The notes below the pieces were generated by a model, which was not told the DNA's origin, searched no databases, and saw only the letters and a program-made list of their open reading frames with translations. From assembly GCA_043228905.1 (NCBI GenBank), contig JBHGNT010000008.1, positions 992,001-1,056,000 of the forward strand: a stretch of DNA of 64,000 bases, in the 5' to 3' direction. Made by a program: the position numbers and the translations under genes. This DNA comes from Azolla caroliniana (Eukaryota > Plantae > Polypodiophyta). Shown in pieces: positions 24,424 to 34,960 of the stretch. Numbering within the stretch: the first letter of the stretch is position 1; every line of letters starts with the position of its first letter.

Positions 24424-27400
24424 ATGTCTTCAAAGAGAATCGAGCGCGAGGACTCCAGGTAGGCCTCTGACACTGTGGACATTTTTGTAAATATGTTTCG
24501 TTTCTCAAGAACTCGATACGGCGTATCGAGTTCGTGTATAAATATTTGTATTGTATACATGAACTCGATACGCCGTATCGAGTTCGTGATTAAAGTGTAG
24601 GTTTTAAACACGAACTCGATACGCCGTATCGAGTTCTTGTTTAAAGTGTAGGTTTTAAATAGGAACTCGATACGCCGTATCGAGTTCGTGTTTAAAACCT
24701 AGACTTTAAACACGAACTCGATACGCCGTATCGAGTTCCTGTATATAAGAAGGCTTTGAGAGAGAAAAATCGTTTATGGGGTGGAAATGATATCAAATTG
24801 TCTGGCAAAATCAGTCTTTTTTATGTTGACTTTACTTACTTTTAAAGAAATACATGCTCTAATTATAGGGGTTTTATGACCTACTTTAGCTTAAAATAGT
24901 AGAAAATGATCTACAAATTGCCTTTACTATGGCAAATTCTCCTCAATATAGGTTTAGAATCTATATAAGTCATACCTACTATTTAAAAGAATATATAACC
25001 CGTTTTACTTATTACGATATATATTTTCTAGGTTGAATAGCCCTGCCTATAATAGATTTTTGAATATGTAGCTACTCCTGGAAACTGTTCTTCATTATAA
25101 TATACAACTTCAATCTACGTGACTGTCTAACTTATGTTTTTGCATATACTTTCTTAAATAGGTCGTTTGAGAACCTGTCGGACCGACCCGTGAAGAAAAT
25201 TAAGCTTCGCATACAAGGTTCTCCAATCGAAGCCCAGACCAAGGTAGCTCCTGAGACCATGAAGAGAGGAAAAAAGCTTCTCTTTAACGAAGAGACAAAA
25301 TCTCAGCCACATAGTGATGTTAGCCAAAAGAAACTTGTCGCCGCTACTGGAGGCGAAGACCTTCCTGACCGAGATCTAACGGACAAGGAATGGTGTATGC
25401 AATATGTTGACTCAAAGAAAAAAGTCGTATTGTATACAGCAAAGAAGAAGGGTGAGGGGCAGCTTGGAAAAGAAACCCCATTTATGTATGGCCGAATTCT
25501 ACAATTTGACTACGAAGATGCAGATTCGGCCAACATACTGGTAATGATAGAGTGCTCCAAGGGGGTACGTAAAGTGTTCCTTTTAGAAGACCTTTTAGTA
25601 AAGGAATCGTGTGGGCTTGAAGTGTTCAAAAAAGCACTTGATAACTCACAAAACCTGATTGTTACCTTGAGGCCTTATATACAAGGCCATGTAACTCTAA
25701 GAGATGAAGAGCCTGCCCCCTTGAAGGCCACAAAAAAGGTATCCAAAGTCCAGTCAAGACCAGCCAAGAAGAAGACAACGAAAATGTCGGATACGGATTC
25801 AACAAGTGAAAATGAAGAAGAGGATAATAAGGGGACGCCAGGAGCCGAGCTGGCCTCGGGTGTTTTGTCATCCGAGCAGAATAAAATAAGGAGAGAGTTA
25901 ATGCAACGGAAGCTGGTCAGGAAAGGGCAAGTATTTAATTTGCCTATAACACACATCCATCGGCCCCCTATTGATGAAAAAACAGGTCGAAGACCACTTG
26001 AGATTAGAGAGCCTCACCGCATGCATGTTCAAAATCTCAAGAAAAAAATGAAAATTAATCCTCATGCCACTGTGGTGCCTTTTATTGTTATGGTAGATCC
26101 TGAAGAATGTGAAACCATTGAAGATTTTGATATTAGAAAGCATGATCAATATAATTATTTTGTCATTGGTGGATCGCATTCAGCAGAGGCACGTCGGCAA
26201 CTTGTGAGAGAACATCCAACCACTTTCTTCTTCAAGTATGCCGAGTGCAAAATTTATGTTGGGCTCACAACCGAAGAGGCTAAGCTATTGGCATGGGACC
26301 ATAATAATGATAATGACTATAGGCAGAAAATGTCGTCTATTGAGCGTATACGGTTCTTCCACCACGAGTATTTAGATGTGAAACAAAAGTTTGGTGTGAA
26401 GTTACATCCAGGCCTTCGACGTCAATGTCTGCATGAAGTCGGCATTGTGGTAGATGATAATGTTAGGTCCGATGGTCTTCGAAAGTATGAGTCTTGGTTT
26501 CAATTGGCGTTTAGAGATGGAGAAGTATGGGACCTCCAAGATCAAATCTTCTCAATGTGGGAGAATAAGGAGGTAAAGGGTCAACGACAAAAGAAATGTA
26601 GGGTTGACCCTCAACTAGAATTAAAGTCACAAGCCGCCAAGAAAATTGACTTGACAATTGAAGAAGCGGCAGACGACATGAAGCTGTCTCTATGGAGAGC
26701 GATGCAAGGTATTAAGGACGAGCAGCTTCTTGTGTCGGTTTTGTCAAGGGTTGTGGCGAAAGATTTAAGCCTTGAAGAAATGGTCACTGAGTTCAATAAG
26801 TAAGTCTTTCAAATACTGAAATTGTAGTCTATCTGGTGTAATTCAAAGTTCTAATCTTGATTTCTAATTTTACAGTCATAAGGTGTACATGAAGATCCAA
26901 GAAGTTATGATGAAACAACTTGGATGTATAACTTGGGAACAAGTGACCGAGGATTATCCTCTAACGTCTTCGTATAAGGCGTTATCAGAGTATTTTATTG
27001 CATTTAAGGATTGGGTTAGTATTCATGTTTTTTCATTACCCTTTCATCATATGTAGAGCTTGTATAATAATACCTGATGTCCTATTGCTTCTATTAGAAA
27101 CCGTGTCAAGGCAAGAAACAAGGAGAAGTTAAGGATATACACGATTTCCCTACATCCTTCCTTGCACATCTCGAGCGAGCCAGAAAAGAAAAGGATCGTC
27201 GCTTAGTCAAGGCGTACGAAATGGAGGAAGATGGCTCGTTTAAAAAATTTAGCCACAAAAAAGATATTACGAGAGATCTTTTCTACAATGTGGTTTGCGG
27301 TGATGTCATCGACTTGATCCAGAAGGTGCCAAAGAAGGAATATACGCTAATGATTGCGGATATTCCTTACGGATTTCGAATGGCTGGGTCATCATACGAC

Positions 27401-28382
27401 GATGAACCGTTTAGGTTTAAACAATTGGAGAAGATGGTCAAGGATTTCGCTGAGCTAACGACCGCATCCTTGTGGCGAATAGTTGTCTTTCATAGTATGG
27501 ACCAAGGGTACTCGGTAGCTCAAGCTTTGAGATCTCGTTGCCATGGCATCGAGAACCTTGCATGGTAAGGATTATTTGTAGGTGTCTTTCATTATATTGC
27601 AATTCTTAAGGTTGTTGAATCTATTCTTAACTCGATGAATTATTTTTTATAGGATCAAGACCAATGTAAATAGAGGGCCAACTTTTCGGTTCGTTAATGC
27701 CATTGAATACATAACGGTTGGCTACTTCGATGAAATTAAAAAACAGAGAATCAAAGAGCATTCTAATGAAGTGGGAGGTTCAAATCTGTTGGTATATCCA
27801 GCAGTGACTCGGAAATTGCGACATGTCACCACGACAGAACGGGGACTTGTCAACCCATACCAAAAACCTCAACGACTTATGATGCGCTTGATCGAGATGT
27901 TTTCTGTCGAAGGAGACTGGATATTAGATCTCTTCTCTGGCATAGGTATTCCTCGAACTAGGGTAACGATCTTGAGATAACCAATCACTTTTTTTTCGTT
28001 TGACAACTAAATCTTCTATTACATCATAGGAACTACGTCAGCATGTGCATTGAAGCTGTTTAGAAATATAGTTGCATTGGAGAAGGACGAGGACCAAGTT
28101 ATATTTATTAATATGCGGATTAAGGCTTTGTGGGAGTGCCCAGACCAGGATGAGGAGGTCAGTGCAAAGAACCTCGCCAATACAGAAAGGTTTCAACCTG
28201 CTTCGCGAGAGCCTATTCCTCCGTTAGCCGGCGAACCGGGGGAGCTAATAGAGCTTGATGATGAGCTTATAGAAGATATTTCGTTGGCTCGGCTAACAGG
28301 GGAAACCAATGCACGTATAGCCGAAGACAGTTCTACACAAGATGATGAAGAAAATGACGTTGATGAATTGATTGCTATGTAA
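24424..28382 (+). CDS. ParB/Srx-like domain fused to beta-class N6-adenine/N4-cytosine DNA methyltransferase, ~974 aa, 6 exons: 24424-24458, 25162-26799, 26876-27014, 27098-27564, 27653-27945, 28030-28382
   Basis: All five GT-AG introns join in frame (2925 nt, no internal stop); ParB-like YFVIGGSHSAEARRQL and EEAKLLAWDHNN; MTase CGDVIDLI...LMIADIPY (motif IV), WIK, QKPQRLMMRLIEMFSVEGDWILDLFSGIGTT (motif I), VALEKD. Confidence 0.88.
24509..24738. repeat. Array of 5 perfect 25-bp palindromes (GAACTCGATAC-GSC-GTATCGAGTTC), 51-52-bp period, in intron 1
   Basis: Units at 24509, 24561, 24612, 24663, 24714; arms extend imperfectly into the spacers (TTTAAACAC...GTGTTTAAA). Confidence 0.97.
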
Positions 28383-31300
28383 TAGACTCTATAAAGAATA
28401 TGACACTGACGATTTGTTAAGATTTCACATTATTAATACAAATTTTGGGTTTTACCTAGTGGATTCTATTCTTTATAATCATCTATATGTTTCAATTTTA
28501 TTTTTATATACTTGATTAGTAGATTTATGATATTGGTTTCACCGCGTGCATAGCTGACTACCAAACTTATGGAGAAACATGAACTAGCTTAAATGGAGGC
28601 TGATTTTGGTCCAAGCTAACCTTAACAGAACATGGCCCTATAATTGTTGCCATGACTGTCCATGTTGTTATTATGGATCTTTGTCTTATATTGTTAAAAC
28701 TATTATGTTTCTATTCCATTGCTGCTTAGATTGTGTAGTGTGTTGATAATGGTTCCAGTTGCGTTATCGTTCGGAGTTTGATCTTGTGTGAATCACCTAA
28801 GCAATAGAGTAGATCAATTTTAAATACAGGTATGAAAGCCTAATAGGTTTGTTATTTCCACGACATTATCCTAAAGTTCACTGCCTTACATTGTGCACAA
28901 TTATATACACATATGGTTTGATCCCATATGAACAAACTGAGGAATAGATTAGATCAACTTTTAATATAAGTATTGAATACTTTAATAAGTTAGTTATTCC
29001 AATCACTTATCCTAATGTGCACTATCCTACATTTTCCACAATTACATACATGCACGTATGGGTCAAAGTATAAATTATATCTCATTTTATTAGTATGGAT
29101 ACAAGTACACCTCATATTTTTGTAAAACCTACCTAATTAATATAAGTCTTTAAGTTAGTGTTTCCCTTGTCGCACAATAGTGCCATATTGAGCCATAGTT
29201 GAACTTTATTATGCCTACATTAACTTATCAACATGTCTAAACTTGCATGATTTCTAATGATCTCCACTCGTAGATCTATCATGTATTTTTATATTTGCAA
29301 ATTCTTATCAAGTTGAGGAACATGTGATACTAGTGCATCCAATTATTGTAGAGAGGGTGTATTTGCTTCGTTTTAAGAAGATTCTACAAGTGGAATGCGC
29401 AATCCTTCCACTTGTGAACGCGAACGTGTTAAAACCAAACCAAACCATTTATGAACTTTCAAGCCATTAAACCAAACCATTTAAGAAAAGATAAACAAAA
29501 CTATTTAAACCAAAACCGTTTAAGGGAAAAGTTGAAACCAAACCAAGCCATTTAATAAAAGGTTTAAACCTAACCCCATTTAAGCCAAACTAATTAAAAA
29601 AATAAAAAAATAAAAAAACACTAAATTAAATAAGCATGTATGTTTAATTAATTAAATAAACATTAATTAAGCCATTAGATAAAATAAACATTTAAGTTAA
29701 GTGAATTAAATCAATAAAAAACATTAATTAAACCATTAAATTACATAAACATTTAAGGGATAAAAAAAAGTTAGCCAAAAACCTATAAACCTTTAAACCA
29801 AACCTCTTAAACCTATAAACCGATAAACCCCAATTTCAGAACCAAACCAAACTAAAACCGAACCGTTTTTTAATAATTAAAACCAAACCAAACCATTTAT
29901 TTATTTTGGAACTTATAAACCTTTAAACCATGGCTTAACAGTTCAGTTCGGTTTGAGCTGAAACCGGGCCCATTGCTACTCCCAAGTATACATATGATCC
30001 CACTACCTCAACTAGTTTATGAGAGACGGTTAGGTGACATTTACTCCTAACTTGGGACGATGTATGAAAGATAAGGACTTTAGTTTTCGTTAGATTCACT
30101 ACCAGTCCTCGTTGTGTACAAAAGTCATCTAGGGCATTAAGATGCTTTTGTAGGTCGTGTTCCGACTCCGAGAGCAAGACAATGTCATCTGCGTAGAGTA
30201 AGAGACTAACTTGCGTATCCCAATAACTACTCCCTTGCCTCCCTTTCGAGCAATAAAATTAGTGATCTCATCAATGTAGATCCCAAAAAGAGTCGGTGAC
30301 AAGGGGCAACCCTGTTTTTCACCAATGGTGCTAGTGAAACAATCGGATAGGCCACATGGGCATCGTACGCACCCAGAGACTTGCTGATATAAGGCATAAA
30401 TGGCCCAGATCATGTCATTTGGTATCTCCAAGCTCTTAAGTCTATCAAACAACTTCTCCCTAGGAACTGTGTCAAAGGCTTTGCGGAAGTTCACAAAGCA
30501 ACAATATAGTTTCTTCTTATGAGCCTTTGTTTGGTCAATTAAGCACCTAAGTGTGAAGATATGGTCAATAGTGGAGAAGGCTTGTCTAAAGCCAGCCTGC
30601 TCAGGTGCGCGATGACTTAACGTTTCCATATAATCGCTGAGCTCCGCTTCCATTACTGCACCATATAGTTTAGCGAGCATATGACCTATCATAATGGTCC
30701 TATATGTATTTGGGTCCATTGGGTCCCCTCATTTATGTATAGGGGCCACTGTGTTCATGGCCCATTGTGGTGGGCACGGTTGAAGATTAGAGTGAGAAGG
30801 GGGGCTAGGCACTCTCGAGCATATATGATGTGCTCGGTTCGCAATCCTGTGTGGTCCATGGATTTCCTATGTTGTAACTTTTTTATGACCTTCGTGACCC
30901 TAGAGGTCGTGAAAAGTGTCCCCATGGTAGGTCGAAGTGTGGAAGGCATTGGAATGGGTGGTTGGTTCAGGACATGGTAGAGTCTCTCGATATATGTGTG
31001 CCAAATATTGGGATCCTCGATGGGTGTTTATGGTCTCAGTTCCCGTATTCTCTTCCATGCAAGGGCGTAGTCCCTACTCATGAACATATGGTAGAGTTCC
31101 CAATATTGAGATTCTTCCCATGCTCGTCTTTTACGACTTGTCATCTTGCGCATCTCTTTGCGAGCCTGTACTGAGGAAATAGTACCGCTAAGTCGCGACA
31201 CCTTAAGTTGTCTATACAACTCTCTACAATCCTCATCATACCACTTGTTCTGTGGCATAGACCCTATTCTACTATGATTGGAACCTTTCGTGCATGGGAA

Positions 31301-34300
31301 ACTACTAGTTGTTGCTGAGTGAAGGATGTGTGTGAGTTCTATAGTGAGGTTCTCTAAAGGCAAGGAAGAATCAAAAGAGGAGAGATGGGCTTGTACATGT
31401 CAAGAGTAGATGTAAATGAGCTCATGCGTGAAATGTATTATGGTGTGATGGGTTGGTTGACTAGAGTTGGTGGCGTGGGAGATGTCACATTTTAGCTCAA
31501 AGTATAGGAAGCTATGGTCTGCACCAATGGGGCATGGGGCCACTCGGAAGGAGCTAACCATGTGGGTAGCTTCAGGGCATCCTATTAGGTAATCAACTGT
31601 GCTTTCCCCTCCTCCATGTGGGAAACATGTGAGCTCTTCTGAGCCCGGCCACTTGGCTAAGCCATTATATACGATCATCTAGTGTCGGCTTCCAAGTTCA
31701 AGCAGATGATGGCCAATGCTTGTGGTGTCTGCACCTTGATCTTTTGATGTACGTGTTATGCCTAAGGCTAAAGGGTCGATATTCACCATTTCTAAGTTTC
31801 TATCCATCTGAATTATTGTGCATTGTTGGGATTGGGTTCTCGCATTAAAATCCCGTACAAGGAAGACTTCCCCTTGAGAAGAATATCGGATTATGTCATC
31901 CGATAAAGGTTCGTATGGAGAAGGCCCATGTGGCGTTCCTTCATCAACTATACTCGCCTCTCCAGCCGTATTATACCGGGATCCTTTCGGAGGGAAGTAA
32001 CAAACGGCGATAAATATCACCTGATCCTTGCTAGTGAGGATTTTCACCCACATAAAAAAGGCTTCTAGGTCTTTCTTTAGTATTTCTATCCTATTATGTA
32101 TCTCTCTCTGAAATGATATCACAACCCCTCCAGACCCTCTAGTAGTGTGTCGACATGATGTTTGTCTAAGGACAGATTCCCAACAAAAACCGTCAACTCG
32201 TGGCAGTCCTCGATTTGGACTTTGATGTGTTTCTACTAAAGAAAGTATATTAGATACCTTCAAAATGTCCTCTAGACGGCCAGGGTGTGTCCAAAGTGCA
32301 CCGTTACAATTCCATAAGGTCATCCTAAGTTTATTGTCTGTCACATGGGCCACACGCCATCAATTGGCAACGCGATCATTAATTATCACACGTCCGTCTC
32401 GATAAAAAGCACGATGCCCCTCTTTACGAGCTTGTATGATTCGCGGCATACAAGTTTTACGATGGTCAATTTGTATCTTGGTCAAGTCTTCATCGAGGTA
32501 GATAGGGTCCCCGCCCAATCCTTGAAGAATTGGTCTCTTTTTAAAAAAGGTGATCCTTGATTCTGAGTCCTTAAACTGAAGGACAAAAGCTCTTTTCCTA
32601 GTGGTGTCACGTCCTACTCTCCAAGTTTTAGTGATTGGTAGGGCTTCGTACCCCAACATCTTCCCTAATGTTTGTGCATCTTTGTCAGGAGATGCCCCTT
32701 CCTTGAGCCAAGTAACTCTTACGTTTAAGCGTCGAGTTGCGTAGACGAGAGAGTGTAGAAGCACATTTGTACTCTCTCGTCTACGCAACTAACGACGTCG
32801 TAAGAGGTGTAGGTGACATCGACGGTTGAAAATGGCAACTGTGGCACAAACCAAACAACGGCAAAGGACATAGCAATAGAGGCACCAAGTAACCAAGATG
32901 TTGCGAGAACAACGAAGGCCAGGTGGGCCGAAACGAGCAACGGTGATCCTACGTGGGTAGCAGCATGGAAAGCTACTAAGGACACCCAAGTGGGGAGCGG
33001 TGTGTCGAGCCAAAAAGGGCACACCCAAAAGCGGATCGGAAGACGTGTGTGTGGCCATCGAGGGTTGAAGTAAAGCACGGGTACAGGAGGGTGTTCGGCA
33101 CAGGCGGTGCCGAGCAAGGAAGGTGGAAGACGACAGATGGTGGTGCCGGGTCGGAAACCGGGCGTGGGATAGGCTGCACGGGTCGGTAGCCGGAAATGGT
33201 ATCGGTGACCGAAGGAGTATCCTCCACACGCACTTCAGAGACCTCGGCAGCTCAGTCGGAGTGGCAATGACTCGCGTGGCAAGCCAAGCCCGAGATAACA
33301 AGCTGGTGGGGGCGAGGGGACGACAACAAGTGTATGGCCGAACCAGTTGCAGTAGCGCGGAATGAAAGGGGCCAAGGGGGCTGACACGGGGTGTTCCTCG
33401 AACGCGGAGGACACCGGTATGCAGAGAAATGACAAGCGGCAATACACGATCTGGTCGGGGGAGGGTTGAGGAAGCGTGCATGGGGGGAAGACTGGAGTTC
33501 AGCACGGGCGGTGCCGAGCAAAGGAGGATGGCGGACTGAGCCTCTTGCGAGGCGAAGTCAAGGGTTACGCGACACACGGAGGTGCCGGATGAGAATACGG
33601 GCGCAAAGATAGGTTGTTCGGGTTGGTAGCCTCGAAGAACATCGACGGCCCAAGAAGGATCCTTCACAACAGTTCCGGTGACCCCGATAGTTCGGCCGAC
33701 GTGGCAATGTGAGACCGAGGGAGATGGACGGTGGCGGCAAGGGGACAAGGGCAATGGTAAAACAACGGCATCGGACAAGTAATCAAGGCATCACGACGAT
33801 CAACGGAGGCCAAGCGGGCCATTACGGGGTGTTCCTCAGACGCGGAGGACACCGGTATACGGGGAAGCGAGGAGCATGCATAGGGTCAATCAAGGGCCAC
33901 ACGACGAGCACGCGTACGAGAAGAGATCGCGGAGAACGACCTATTGAATGGTCGAACGAGCCTACTAAGAGGCAAGCACGAAGGAGGGACCGGACCCGAC
34001 GGTTCGGAACTGGCGGAGGCCAACACGGCAGTTGGGATGCGGATTACGGAAGACCGGTTGCTCGTTATGACCGGAATCTCTCACGCTTCTTTGGATTGGC
34101 ACGTACTGGTGGACATGCGGTTTGGTGGGGGCGGATGTCGTGAAGATTCCCGGCCTTAGCGAGAAAACCGGGACTAATGGGAACATTGGCGGGGTGCGGT
34201 GTGGGCAGCCACCCTTGTGTATACGTGCAAAATAATATGGGCGCCTTTATGGCACCAAACATGAGTTAAGTTGGGACAGAGAATCCCATGTAATATGGGA

Positions 34301-34311
34301 TTTATCCCACA

Positions 34312-34960
34312 TTGTTATTCACCTCCCTCTTGTGCCATAAAAGGAAGGGAGGGTCCCTTGTAGAGGGGTTGCCGATTTTGAGTTAGGAGGGTATACCACT
34401 TAGATCTAGGGTTTGGTAGCTTTCTTCTTCTTACTTTAGAGTTTCTTTGAGGTCTTTTTCTTCGTGTCTGTTTAGGGTTTAGTCTGGTTAAGAGCTTATA
34501 TGTCTTATGGGGTTTTCGCTTCTGCTCTGTCTCATGTGCAAGACCCCGCTCGACGCGACGAACCCGAGAGCTCCCCGATCGGCAGCTTGGCAACAGACTG
34601 TTGTTGTAACCTAACATAACTTGGTCCGGCTCAAGGCCGAAGTTGTATCTTGCTCTTGTATATATATATATATATAGTGAAGTTCTGTGCATCTGTGTCT
34701 CTGTCGGTGCCTTTGGAGTTCCTTCTTTCTGGTTTCTGTACATAGGATGCGTGTGACATCTAGTTAGTGTTGCGTGCGTGTCCTTTTCCCTCTCCCATTC
34801 AGTTGCTCCTGTTACGTATCCGGAAACGCTTTGGTTAGTGTCCTAGCCGATTGTGGGAAATAGTGAAGCTCGACCTTTCGTACTCCGTCTCTCTCTGGTC
34901 CAAGACCCTTGTGGCCCCGCCCCAGATCTAACACGCACGCGCGGATTACCGCGATAACGT
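34312..34960 (+). repeat. Gypsy-type solo/partial LTR
   Basis: 3' end GTCCAAGACC...ACACGCACGCGCGGATTACCGCGATA matches ~9860-9917 and revcomp of the 51009 LTR terminus. Confidence 0.6.

Larger units (their letters stand above)
20462..29430. mobile_element. Apparently intact Sola-like (DUF7869-type) TIR DNA transposon carrying a ParB-DNA methyltransferase cargo gene
   Basis: 35-bp TIRs AACACGTTCGCGTTCACAAGTGGAAGGATYGCGCA (20462-20496; 29396-29430, 1 mismatch); AAAA on both flanks; two divergent intact genes. Confidence 0.9.
20369..29978. mobile_element. Non-autonomous hAT-type MITE (~0.64 kb own sequence) interrupted by the Sola-like element
   Basis: TIR TAGCAATGGGCCCGGTTT at 20369 and its inverse ending 29978; 8-bp TSD CTCCCAAG (20361-20368; 29979-29986); AAACC-rich subterminal repeats. 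Confidence 0.9.
18893..34300 (-). mobile_element. Near full-length degenerate LINE (ORF1 + APE-RT ORF2), split by the hAT MITE/Sola insertion; 5' boundary approximate
   Basis: ORF1-like 32360-32788 (IYLDEDLT); APE 31400-32353 (WNCNG, ETH, DFNART, VDYL, ADHS); RT 29935-30719 (QAGFR, KAFD, QGCPLSP); frame GSYVYLG|VTFSAR rejoins across the insertion; C-terminal Cys/His motif 19055-19942; 3' end abuts (GA)n 18846-18893. Confidence 0.9.

Noticed and set aside
24424-28382. Bacterial/phage contamination explaining the ParB-MTase
   Set aside because: The gene has five in-frame GT-AG introns, lies inside TIRs nested in a MITE and LINE, and has a second decayed copy nearby
28795-29055. Third gene in the right arm of the Sola-like element
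   Set aside because: No ORF; only a degenerate ~140-bp tandem duplication in AT-rich DNA
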